64,000 nucleotides of DNA from Octopus bimaculoides (taxonomy: Eukaryota): the NCBI RefSeq assembly GCF_001194135.2, contig NC_068981.1, positions 38,415,061-38,479,060 of the forward strand. The letters run 5' to 3'. Below the pieces are notes generated by a model. The model had not been told where the DNA came from and did no database searches. It was given only the letters and a program-made list of their open reading frames with translations. Position numbers and translations under genes: made by a program. Shown one piece after another: positions 1 through 10,312 of the stretch (the first letter of the stretch is position 1; each line of letters starts with the position of its first letter).

Positions 1-233
1 AGTTGAGGGCCGATACGTCCACACGTGCCAATCCCTATTGATATCACACCCACTCTCTTAATTGCCCACAACCTGCATATTTCCCACTTCAATTCATCAT
101 AGTTGTTAACTTTTTCTTTCTCTTCCTCTTTCATCCTGTTGTCACCAGGACATGCTGTGTCAATGATCAGGCATGTTTTATCTTCTCTGTTCACCACAAC
201 CATGTCCGGTTTCCAATGTCTAATCTGATGGTC
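1..233 (-). mobile_element. Non-LTR retrotransposon fragment, restriction-like endonuclease (RLE) domain, R4/Dong-like; runs off the window edge
   Basis: Minus-strand translation DHQIRHWKPDMVVVNREDKTCLIIDTACPGDNRMKEEEKEKVNNYDELKWEICRLWAIKRVGVISIGIG fits the KPD...IID...K.K.Y pattern (PD-(D/E)xK-type) of RLE-clade LINE C-termini. Confidence 0.85.
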
Positions 234-851
234 ACACTAAATCAATTATTATTATCCTTATTATTATTAAGTTATATCTGAAATTAAGATACCAGAATTT
301 GCATTTTCAAAACGTGCCTTATTTAATGGTAGGAAGATTTTCGATAAAGAAAGTCCTCTCTACATAAAAAAAATCCACAAAACTTTAAAAAACTTAAAGC
401 AACAATAAAGAAATGATATCCTTTTTAACCTCTGAACACAAGTACAATTCATTCAACGTAGGACATTGCACTCCTCATAACTTGGTTAAGTGATAATGAG
501 GTATGTGTCCTATGCCATAATATATCTATTAGGAATGCCTCCTAAAACCTTATTGATTACCTTCATTCTATAAATTTGATTAAGTTAATTGCCTTTTTTT
601 TTCAGTGGCAGCAACTCAAGCAAAGCCCTTTATTTTGAGCAAGAATAGCTTCCAGATGTATTTTAATTTCCCATTTATAATAATTTAAGTAATCAGCGTT
701 ATAATGTTTCGTGGCTTAAACAACACGCAATCATTGAAAAGTTTATTTAACCATTTTTGATTTAATACTACCAAATTTAGTCTCTATTTACAAAGCTACC
801 TTCTTGATTAACGATGTCTTTGACATTTTAAAAATATGATACAATATGTAA

Positions 852-1070
852 GGTGGCCAGTTGGCAGAATCATTATCACACTGAGTAAAAATACTTAGCA
901 GCATTTCATCCATCTTCATATTCTGAGTTCAAATTCCACTGAGGTTGACTTTGCCATTCATTCTTTTTGAAGGTTGATAAAATAAGTAAAAGTTGAACAC
1001 TGGGATTAATGTAATTGACTTACCCACTCCCCAGTAATTGCTGGCCTTGTGCTAAAATTTGAAATAACTA
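852..1070 (+). mobile_element. SINE-like repeat, family B
   Basis: GGTGGCCAGTTGGCAGAATC...CTGAGTTCAAATTCCACTGAGGTTGACTTTGCC...; recurs at ~7640, 20045, 44218 (+) and ~31200, 38860 (-). Confidence 0.75.
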
Positions 1071-1319
1071 TTATACAATATATAGCTTGCATCAGATGAA
1101 TCAATTTGGAGATATTTCATCCAATGAAGAATGTCACTATTTAAACTCAGATATAAAAATAGTATTACATTTCACTGGTTCTTACTGCAATATCCCTTCA
1201 GTCATGTTTTCTAACTCTCTTTCCTACACCATTCTTAGTGACCCTACAAAAGTCTTTGGCACTACCATTTCCATTATGACTAAATATATCCGTATAGCAA
1301 AGAAGTTTGCTTTGCAAGC

Positions 1320-1460
1320 GTCCATCTTTAGGTTTAATCACACAGTGTGGAACTTTAAGCAAGTGTCTTCTACCATAACCTCAAGTTGAATAAAGCCTTG
1401 TAAGTGAAAGCTGATGGATTGAAGTCGTGTGAGAACCCACCAAGAAACTAGCTTCCTGTT
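1320..1460 (-). mobile_element. Diverged tRNA-head SINE fragment, family A
   Basis: Reverse complement reads ACAAGGCTTTATTCAACTTGAGGTTATGGTAGAAGACACTTGCTTAAAGTTCCACAC, which aligns to the reverse complement of the family A head at 8383; on that basis the element itself may lie on +, strand uncertain. Confidence 0.55.
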
Positions 1461-2429
1461 TTTGAATAGTAAATTTAATCCATTATGTTTAAAAGCACCA
1501 CCTGGTCTTTGGGAATCTTTAGTAGACTCCACTTTGTTACAAGTATTCAGATGAGGTTTCAAATCTGAAAATATCTTCCACCTTTCCACTTAGTAGTCTC
1601 AGGCCCTGAAAAATATCATAAGCACTGTCTTTCTGCCTATGACTAAGCAATTAATAATAAAAGATTTCCTTTCAATGAAATTACTCACTTTCTTAAGATC
1701 TAAACATTAATTGTACTACTAATCACATATATAGCACACAGTCACTGATGTTTATAATTTTAGCATTTAGATGAAAATCTTATCATTCTCAGACAAGAAA
1801 AAGAATTCTTAGGTGATCAGAGTAATTGAAACGGAGTAAGGAAGATCAAAGGTGTATAGATTAATTGCAGAAGAACAAACAACTGATTATAGTTCTTCTA
1901 TCACATGTCAACAACAAATGAAAGGAAAAATCGATTAAGATAGAACTGATTGAATCATAATGGCAATAGTTTTAAAAATTTTTGGAGATATTTTGAAAAT
2001 AGTAAAAGTACTTGAAATAAAAACACTGACCAGTAAATTCAACAGAAAATTGCCGGAGTTGTTAATGCATAGGAGAAAATACCTTATGGTATTTGTTCCA
2101 GCTTTTGTGCTCATAGTTCCAATCCCACCTAGGTCAACTTTGCTTCTTCTTCTTGGTAAAATATAGTGCCAGTCAGAGCAGATTGACAGAGTTATAAGAA
2201 TATCCAACAAGATGTGATATTTGTTCTAGTTCTTTGTGTTGTAAGTTCTATGATTGTAGATGCAGTTCAATACCTGTCTTAACACCACTACCTAGTACCT
2301 AAGATGTCTTAAAAGAAGACCACTCTGTTGCAAGCATTCATGCTAGGTTTCCAATTTGATGATAATTTCATTCCTTCCTCCAACCAGTGCCAAAAGCCTA
2401 TAATGGGTTATAATGCTGCTCTTCTCCCT

Positions 2430-2630
2430 CTGACTAACCATTAAAGCACCCACCACACTTTTGGAATGGTTGGCATTAGGAATGGCATCAAGCTGTAGAA
2501 ACCTTGCCATATCAGATTGGGGCTTGGTGCAGGTCACCTAGCTTACCAGTTCTCGGTCAAACCGTCCAACTCATGCCAGCATGAAAAGCAGACATTAAAC
2601 GACAATGACAATGACGATGATGATGATGAT
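2430..2630 (+). mobile_element. RTE-tail-like repeat, family D, with (GAT)n tail
   Basis: ...GTCAAACCGTCCAACTCATGCCAGCATGAAAAGCAGACATTAAACGAC...GATGATGATG; same 3' end as the copies at ~27060, 50281 and 57700. Confidence 0.75.
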
Positions 2631-2639
2631 GAGATATAT

Positions 2640-2890
2640 GTATCTTTTACCTTTTACTTGTTCCACTCATTCACTCAGACTGAGGCCATGCTGGGGTACT
2701 GCTTTGAAGAATTTTAGTCAAACAAATCAACCCCAGAACATGCTTATATTTTAAGACTGGTACTTGTTCTATCAGTCACTTTTACCAGACTGTTAAGTTA
2801 TGGGGTCATAAACACACCAACAACAACTGTTAAAAGGTGATGGGGGAAACAACACAGACACAATAATGCAAACACACACACACACACTTC
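2640..2890 (-). mobile_element. SINE family A 3' half (antisense)
   Basis: GGCCATGCTGGGGTACTGCTTTGAAG...CAAATCAACCCCAG...GGTACTTGTTCTATCAGTC is the reverse complement of the 3' part of the 8383 copy. Confidence 0.65.
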
Positions 2891-4399
2891 TGCAATTGAG
2901 TAACCCAAGGAAGAGTTGTCTCTCATATATTTATTATCATTTATTACCCCTTTGTTAGCCCCTTGTGGGTAATAGAAAAAGATCAATATTTTTTATCCTG
3001 AAAAAATAAAGCAAAAATAAACTATTTATTCAACAAATTTAAAATCATATATTTTATAATCATATAAATTGAAATTCAACTGGGAAAAAGACAAGGAAAA
3101 TAGCGATGTGGTCTCTCATAAATTTGTCAGTGAAATGTTATAAGTTAAACAGTAAGCTACACGATTGTTTATATTTTGAACTGGGTTATATTTATTTCCA
3201 TTGATAACAGCCAACTTTTCTTGGATGTTCACTATTGTTAAGTTCTTGGATGTTCACCATTGTTAAGTTATGTTTCATTTGCCTGATTCTAATTATCAAA
3301 TACAATGTTAGATTCAAGTCTGGAAATGGAACATCTGTATATTACAGATCACTACTTTTCAGAGAACAAGTAAGTGGTAGAGTAGCAGAGTCAGAAACAG
3401 AGGATCCAGTTTCAATTTTCAGCACAGCACTGGACATAAAAATCACTTGAAGATATCCAGATGAATGATCAGAAAGCTACATGCAAATAAAAAGATTTAT
3501 TAAACCAATATTTTGTCATTTCTTTTTTTTTTTTTTTTTTGTGTTTGCTGTAAGATATGTTTTAATCGTATCTAAAATAAACTTACCTGATTTTCACCCA
3601 CAAATACATGTCATCTTTTTTAAGTGAGCTTGAATCAAAGAGGCATGAAGATTGCATGTTTACAGAAACAGAAGCTACTGCAATAGCAGAAGAGGTAATG
3701 TGTTTAAACCTCACAAATGTGATGTTTAAATTCTTTATCTTTCATATTGGAAAGAAGCTCCTTGCAAAATGTCAATTGGCTTTCTTTTGGGAATGGCTCA
3801 CAATACCAATCTGCAACACTTGCGCTATTGTAAATATGTGAGAAATACTCTAATATAAGTCAGGCTCAAGTTTTATAAAGAATCAGCAGCAAATATTTTT
3901 GGCTATAAAGTGGAAGTCTTTGCTATACATTTTTAATAATGTTATATATATGCTAAATTGCTATCAAAAATGCTCAAGAATTGTAGACTTCAAAGTTTTA
4001 GCTATGTCTTTGTAGGGTGTAGTGTAAAACATTCTTCTTGAAGTGTGAGTCATTGTGACTTTTTCCAGTTGAATGAGACAGAGTAGACTTATTTTCAAAG
4101 AATGGTTTCAAGGCCTCTATTCCTGGAAACAATACATGTCTGGTGAGTTGTATTTAGATTGTGTATGGATATCTTTGTGCGAAGAAGATTAAATAAAATG
4201 AAATGCCATATTATCTGCACAGGATTGGTTAGAGTGTGTGGTTAGAATTAACAGCAGTGGTTTCTGTCTCTACAGAATTTGTGCTAATTGTCAATGAGAA
4301 GAGAAGCACACTGAATGTGCTTCTTTATGACTGTCCATTACATCTTTGATGTGTTAGAAGTAGAAATTGGAGAGTTTATTAGACCCGCAATCAGGTATA

Positions 4400-4580
4400 A
4401 TTAGTTTCTTCATTATGAAGCTTTGCTGAATAAGAATATGAATAAGAGCAATAGACACCTGTTGTAGAGAGAGATTTCAATGAATGTGGTTAGTGAGGCA
4501 ATTAAGGATATGAAGGCATCAGAGGATGTTGCAAATACATCAAGGATTGTTGATGAGATGCTGAATACAATACAATGTCC
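4400..4580 (+). mobile_element. RTE-clade LINE fragment (region upstream of RT)
   Basis: Translates to HYEALLNKNMN and VVSEAIKDMKASEDVANTSRIVDEMLN, resembling the RTE 'AI..MK.GKAAGPSGI.AEMLK' segment; degenerate. Confidence 0.55.
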
Positions 4581-4889
4581 TAACTATACCAGTTACTTAA
4601 TTAATCAAACTAAACTGGAAAGCATTTCCCTCAATGCCACTGTAGCCATATTGTAAACTGAAACTGTTGCAAGTAAAATATAGTTGCAGCAGATCAATGC
4701 AAATCAAATGAATTCTCAGAAATTTTGCTTTTGGTTGTTTTTGTTTCAAATTCATTATTTGAATTTTATATTTCCTAATGTTTTAAAGAAGCTAAAAAGG
4801 CCTACTACACACATACAATCTCACTGGGAAAATATTTGTTTAGCTTAATCAAAGCATTTACATATATATCTTTTATCTTTCATCTTTTA

Positions 4890-5060
4890 GATGTTTCAGT
4901 CTGCACTGCAGCCACACTGGGGTACCCCATTGAAGGGTTTTTAATCCAAAAAAATTGACCCTAGGGCTTGTATTCTTTTTTAAAGTCTAGTACTTCTTCT
5001 ATTGGCCTCTTTTGCTGAAACCACCAAGTTATAATGACACACACAAACACAAAGACACAC
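4890..5060 (-). mobile_element. SINE family A 3' half (antisense)
   Basis: TTTCAGTCTGCACTGCAGCCACACTGGGGTACCCCATTGAAGGG...AGTCTAGTACTT. Confidence 0.6.
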
Positions 5061-5097
5061 ACACACATGCTTCATATATGTGTGTGTATATATGTAA

Positions 5098-5131
<34 letters not shown>

Positions 5132-5207
5132 GTTAAAGAAGACAACAAACATTAAGGCAAGGCAAACATCTCAAGTGGTATACAATATTATTATTGGAAA
5201 AAATTCA

Positions 5208-5263
5208 GTCTTACATCTGTTTCTGGGATATCCTAGAATATGGGACATTCTGTCATCGGAGAC
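5208..5263 (-). ncRNA. Hammerhead ribozyme motif, variant or degenerate (CCGAUGA core)
   Basis: Reverse complement: GTCT-CCGATGA-CAGAATGTCCC-ATATTCT-AGGATATCCCA-GAAA-C-AGAT-GTA-AGAC. Confidence 0.5.
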
Positions 5264-5676
5264 AAATAAGGAAAAAATAGGGAAAATGAGAATGGTATAT
5301 ATTAATGAGATGATGACATAAAGGAAGGGAGTAAAAGAATAAGGAAATGGAAAGAAGGAAGAAAAAAGAAGCATAAAAGTTCATAGTTCAACTTTTTTAA
5401 GTTATAGAAACAAGAGCATGAGTCCTTAGATGCAATCCTGCATAGATCCACGAGCATAAGTCCTTAGGTACAATCATGATTGGGCTTGCACCTAAGGACT
5501 TATGCTAATGGATTTATGCAGGACTCTTGTTCCTATAAATTTGGAAAGTTGAACCATGAACTTTTATGCTTCATTTTTCTTCTTTCTTTCCATCTCCTTA
5601 TTCTTTTACTTCCTTTCTCTATGTTGTCATCTCATTAATATATATCATTCACCTTTTACCTATTTTTTGCCTATTT

Positions 5677-5732
5677 GTCTCTGATGACGGAATATCCTGT
5701 ACTCGGAGATATCCCAGAAACAGCTGTAAGAC
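5677..5732 (+). ncRNA. Minimal type I hammerhead ribozyme motif with intact core
   Basis: GTCT-CTGATGA-[CGGAATATCCT GTACTCG GAGATATCCCA]-GAAA-C-AGCT-G-TA-AGAC. Stem I is GTCT/AGAC, the core is CUGAUGA and GAAA, stem III is capped by palindromic AGCU, and the predicted GUA cleavage is after 5728. Stem II has 3 mismatches. Confidence 0.7.
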
Positions 5733-5953
5733 TTGGAATTTTTTCCAATAATAATATTGTATACGACTTGAGATGCTTGCCTTACCTTACTGTTTGTTGT
5801 CTTCTTCAGCAATTATTTATCTGCTGCATTGGAAATCTGCAATGGCTGTATAACTACCTCCATGTTTATAACCTTGGAGCCCTAGTAATTTGTTACAGCA
5901 CTTACCTAGCATACCTAACCCTATGGATCACCTGTGAACTAAACCCCATACTT

Positions 5954-6016
<63 letters not shown>

Positions 6017-6183
6017 GTTTCTTTACTTGTGAATTAAGGCTATCATTGGTTTCATGTTAAGGTAAGTAGGAAAATATCCTAGTGTCTTAACAATTTTTCA
6101 AACTAATCAGATGGAGAAAGGTGTTCACCGCCATTTTGGAAAACACAGGGAGACTATGTCTTCCAAAATGGAGACATCTTTCT

Positions 6184-6730
6184 NNNNNNNNNNNNNNNNN
6201 NNNNNNNNNNNNNNNNNNNNNNNNNNNNNNNNNNNNNNNNNNNNNNNNNNNNNNNNNNNNNNNNNNNNNNNNNNNNNNNNNNNNNNNNNNNNNNNNNNNN
6301 NNNNNNNNNNNNNNNNNNNNNNNNNNNNNNNNNNNNNNNNNNNNNNNNNNNNNNNNNNNNNNNNNNNNNNNNNNNNNNNNNNNNNNNNNNNNNNNNNNNN
6401 NNNNNNNNNNNNNNNNNNNNNNNNNNNNNNNNNNNNNNNNNNNNNNNNNNNNNNNNNNNNNNNNNNNNNNNNNNNNNNNNNNNNNNNNNNNNNNNNNNNN
6501 NNNNNNNNNNNNNNNNNNNNNNNNNNNNNNNNNNNNNNNNNNNNNNNNNNNNNNNNNNNNNNNNNNNNNNNNNNNNNNNNNNNNNNNNNNNNNNNNNNNN
6601 NNNNNNNNNNNNNNNNNNNNNNNNNNNNNNNNNNNNNNNNNNNNNNNNNNNNNNNNNNNNNNNNNNNNNNNNNNNNNNNNNNNNNNNNNNNNNNNNNNNN
6701 NNNNNNNNNNNNNNNNNNNNNNNNNNNNNN
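6184..6730. other. Assembly gap (N run)
   Basis: N characters, followed by (TA)n(CA)n. Confidence 1.
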
Positions 6731-6776
<46 letters not shown>

Positions 6777-6789
6777 TATATAATGGACA

Positions 6790-6935
6790 GTTTCTGTTCG
6801 CCATATTTATTCACAAGGCATTGATCAGCCCAGGGCTATAGCCAAATATACTTGCCTAAGATGTGATGCAGTGGGACTGAAACTGAAACCATGTTGTTGC
6901 AAAGCAAGTTTCTTAACCACACAGTCATGCATATG
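6790..6935 (-). mobile_element. SINE family A 5' head (antisense)
   Basis: CACAAGGCATTGATCAGCCCAGGGCTATAG...GCAGTGGGACTGAAACTGAAACCATGT...TTCTTAACCACACAGTCAT. Confidence 0.7.
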
Positions 6936-6951
6936 TCATATGCCAGTGCAT

Positions 6952-7041
<90 letters not shown>
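6952..7041. repeat. (CA)n microsatellite
   Basis: Uninterrupted CA run of about 45 units. Confidence 0.95.
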
Positions 7042-7046
<5 letters not shown>

Positions 7047-7639
7047 AAGAGAAAGTTCCTAAACGTTTTTATTTAGTTGTAGTTTAATAAATGCCTTGTC
7101 TAAATGAAGATGTATGAATATTGTGAAGTCCATATGTCTCTAGTTATCTGATACACATACATATATATATATATATGCGTACATACATATACACAATACA
7201 CACACAAACCAAATCTGCAAGGGTAAAGTCAACAGCGAAGCAATAAACCTTAAAATGATAAATGGATTTATTTAGTTGACCTGGGAGAATAGATTGATGA
7301 ACAGTATTGATGTCATTTGAAATAGAGAGAGTATTAACACTGAACAGAGGGATTCAAATAAAATTCTCAAATTTATGAGCAGCCCAGAGAATGTTGTCAT
7401 AGAAAAGCCTTATTTAAAAAACTGCATCCTACAAAACAAATGTTGACCATAAAATCTTACTTTACACATAGGACACCATTCACAGTGAACATTCTCTACA
7501 AAATGTCTGTTTCTGATGTTATACTAAAACTGGAAGGACATTATATAAAGTTAAAACAAATTTAGTTAGTAAAATCTATTAATGCATTCATATAATTTAC
7601 AAGGCCGCTATGTTGTTGTTGTTGTTGTTGTTGTCATGA

Positions 7640-7860
7640 AGGCGTTGAGCTGGCAGAATCATTAGCATGTCGGACAAAATGCTTAGCTGTATTTCACTTG
7701 TCGCTACGTTTTGAGTTCAAATTCCACCAAGGTCAACTTTACCTTTCATCCTTTCAGGGTCAATAAATTAACTACCACTGAAGTGTTAGGGTCAATGCAA
7801 TCGACTATCCTCTTCTTGAAAATTCCAGGCCTTGCACCTATAGTAGAAAGGATTATCATT
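7640..7860 (+). mobile_element. SINE-like repeat, family B
   Basis: GGCGTTGAGCTGGCAGAATCATTAGCATGTCGGACAAAATGCTTAGC...GAGTTCAAATTCCACCAAGGTCAACTTT, ending in an (ATT)n tail. Confidence 0.8.
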
Positions 7861-8382
7861 ATTATTATTATTGGCCTGACTGGCTCCTGTGCCAGTGGCA
7901 CGTAAAAAGAACCCACTAGACTCTCGGAGTGGTTGGAGTTAGGAAGGGCATCCAGTTGTGGGGGGTGGGGGGTCAATATAATTGACCTACCCCTCCCGTC
8001 AAATTGCTGGCTTTCTGCCAAAATTTGATACCATTATCATTATTATTATTATCATTATTATTCCATTCACCATTACATTCTGAGTTCAAATTCCACCATG
8101 GTTGATTTTACCTTTCAGTTTTCAAAGCAAATGAAATAAGAAACAGTAAGTAATGCACAGGAGTTGATATAATCGTCTTATCCACTCCCTTGAAATTTCA
8201 GGCCTTGTGCCTATAGTAGAAAGGGTAATTGTTGTTGTTGTTGGTGGTGGTGGTGGTGGTGGGGATGGGGATGGTGTTTCTAATCTACAATATATGTTAT
8301 ATATTTTCCACTTACAGCTTTCAAATATCATGAAATCATGCATGTGTCAAAATGTTCAATAAGTATATTTGTGCTATCCTCA

Positions 8383-8700
8383 GGCTGTGTGGTAAATAGC
8401 TTGCTTACCAACCACATGGTTCCAGGTTCAGTCCCACTGCATGGCACCTTGGGCAAGTGTCTTCTACTATAGACTCGGGCCGACCAAAGCCTTGTGAGTG
8501 GATTTAGTAGAGGGAAACTGAAAGAAGCCTGTCATATATATGTGGTGTGTTTATGTCCCCGTAACTTAGCGGTTTGGCAAAAGAGACCGATAGAATAAGT
8601 ACTAGGCTTACAAATAATAAGTCCTGGGGTTGATTAGCATGACTAAAAGGCGGTGCTCCAGCATGGCTGCAGTCAAATGACTGAAGCAAGTAAAGAGAGA
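8383..8700 (+). mobile_element. tRNA-derived SINE, family A, near full length
   Basis: A-box-like GGCTGTGTGGTAA and B-box-like GGTTCAGTCCC, then GGCACCTTGGGCAAGTGTCTTCTACTATAG...GGTGCTCCAGCATGGCTGCAGTCAAATGACTGAA and an A-rich end; more than 10 copies in the window. Confidence 0.85.
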
Positions 8701-9759
8701 GTAACCATGTATCACAAGAGAGTCAACCCTGAAATGAATTTGGAAATTTTCATTTCTTCATAGAAAATCTGTATCAAAATGCAAGTTGATTTACTATAAG
8801 GAAATAAAGGTTTCCAAAATCATTCCAGAGTCGTCTTTCTTGCTGTACACAGTGATGATGATAATCAAGAACCTAGAAATGCATTCACCACTTGGCCAGA
8901 GGGTGCCTTGAAGTGATTGCTGAAGGCTTTTAATACCTATTACATAAAGCGAGAGTTATCAACAGCAGGCCACAGTGAATAAAGCGTTTAAACAGGTTAA
9001 ATATGTCCCAAGTATATTTGAACTGATCTAAACATTTGTTTACTCACAACACTGCTTTCATGTGCCTACTCCAATTTCTATCCTCCTTTTATTCTTTTTC
9101 TGGTTTCATTCATTTGATTGTTAACTGCTGGTAGTGATACAGTAATTTGTTTTGCAACCATGATATACCACCAAGTATATTAAAGGTTTATAAGTGTTCT
9201 ACTTTGTGTTAGCAATGCATTGTTTTCATTTTTTAAGTGTATCTCTACAGATTTTCTATAGAATTTAGAGCCACTGCAAGTTACAATGTTTCATGTATGA
9301 ATACATCTATATAAACAATGCAGTCGATGATAGATAATGGGTGCATATTCATATTTCAGGAGTATTGCCCCTTGAATGTCACCTTCAAAGGCTTGTAGCT
9401 GATTGTAATTCCCCAGCACTTATTACAGTTCAGTACTTATTTCATTGAAAAGCAATGTCTGTTGTCACTTCAACATGGCTGTTCCGTAGGGAACGGCCAT
9501 GCTGAAGACATTACTTTTCAATGGAGTTATTACTTGCATCACTTGTAGAGCTTTTAGAAGTAGCTACTTTACTTATTTCATTGATTTCTATTTATCAAAT
9601 CACTAAGCTTAAGCTATGCTTTAAAATAATTGGGCACAACACCAATTTAAACCAGTAAACATTAATACGAATATATGCACACACACACAGATAGATAAAT
9701 AGATAGACAGGTAGACAGGAAGACAGGCAATCGGGCAGGTATGTAGACAGCAGTCAGTA

Positions 9760-10312
9760 GATAGATAGATAACTTTCTTTATTGGCCACACAGGGCTGGA
9801 CACAGAGGGGACAAATACAAATGTAGAGCTTTCTTTTCGATAATGAAAAAGAAAAGGGGAAAAATGAGAAAAACAAAAGTAAAATTCCGATCAAAAGGGA
9901 TTGGGGAAAAAAAAAGATCAAAAGGGATCGTGTATCACAGAAGAATTTTTAAAATGTAGAAAGCAAGATTAGGTTCATCCGTGGAAAGAAAAGCCTACAG
10001 AAAAAAACCATGGTAACCTCAGGCAGAGAGGGAATGAACACATGAGAGCAAAGTGCTCTCTCTCTCTCTTTTTTCGATTTGCAGGATCATGCTCAAGATG
10101 GTTTCGTCACTCACACGCAACATCTTTGCTACATTCACCCACCATTTATTGAAACTTTCACAAGACAAAACCTGCCTCTCCATTCTCACCTTCCTTTTCA
10201 AGTGGTACTTGAAAAAGTTGATGAGCGATTGGCCAAAGAGGTAAGTGTTTGTCTCTAATCATTTCACTTGAGACCACCACACACATTCTTTCACTATGGT
10301 CACCAGTATGAT
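9760..10312 (-). mobile_element. L1/Tx1-like LINE 3' fragment (ORF2 C-terminus plus 3' UTR)
   Basis: Minus translation IILVTIVKECVWWSQVK*LETNTYLFGQSLINFFKYHLKRKVRMERQVLSCESFNKWWVNVAKMLRV resembles Tx1-clade C-termini; ends in AATAAA followed by a (TATC)n tail. Confidence 0.7.

Larger units (their letters stand above)
5127..5815. mobile_element. Palindromic (foldback) element of ~690 bp with ~340-bp inverted arms, next to a (TA)n tract
   Basis: Left end TAATTGTTAAAGAAGACAACAAAC vs right end GTTTGTTGTCTTCTTCAGCAATTA. The arms match along their length, and the centre is the perfect palindrome CAATCATGATTG (5471-5482). A second family member starts at the same sequence at 25966. Confidence 0.9.

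Noticed and set aside
1935-2330. Possible decayed transposase-like frame on the minus strand
   Set aside because: Multiple stops and no diagnostic motif could be assigned.
3219-3270. 25-bp tandem duplication TTCTTGGATGTTCAC(T/C)ATTGTTAAG
   Set aside because: Two adjacent copies with no spacer; ordinary slippage duplication.
3588-3678. Possible 91-nt minus-strand exon (acceptor CTCTTCTGCTATTGCAG, donor CAG|GTAAGT)
   Set aside because: The peptide is unrecognised, and such site pairs are common by chance in AT-rich DNA; it would need RNA evidence.
6087-6824. Long ORFs at 6087-6824, 25469-25984 and 45386-46228
   Set aside because: They are open only because they span N-gaps and microsatellites.
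8383-8460. tRNA gene candidates at SINE heads (also 11915, 14480 and 58385)
   Set aside because: Only A/B-box-like remnants without a cloverleaf, and they continue into SINE bodies.
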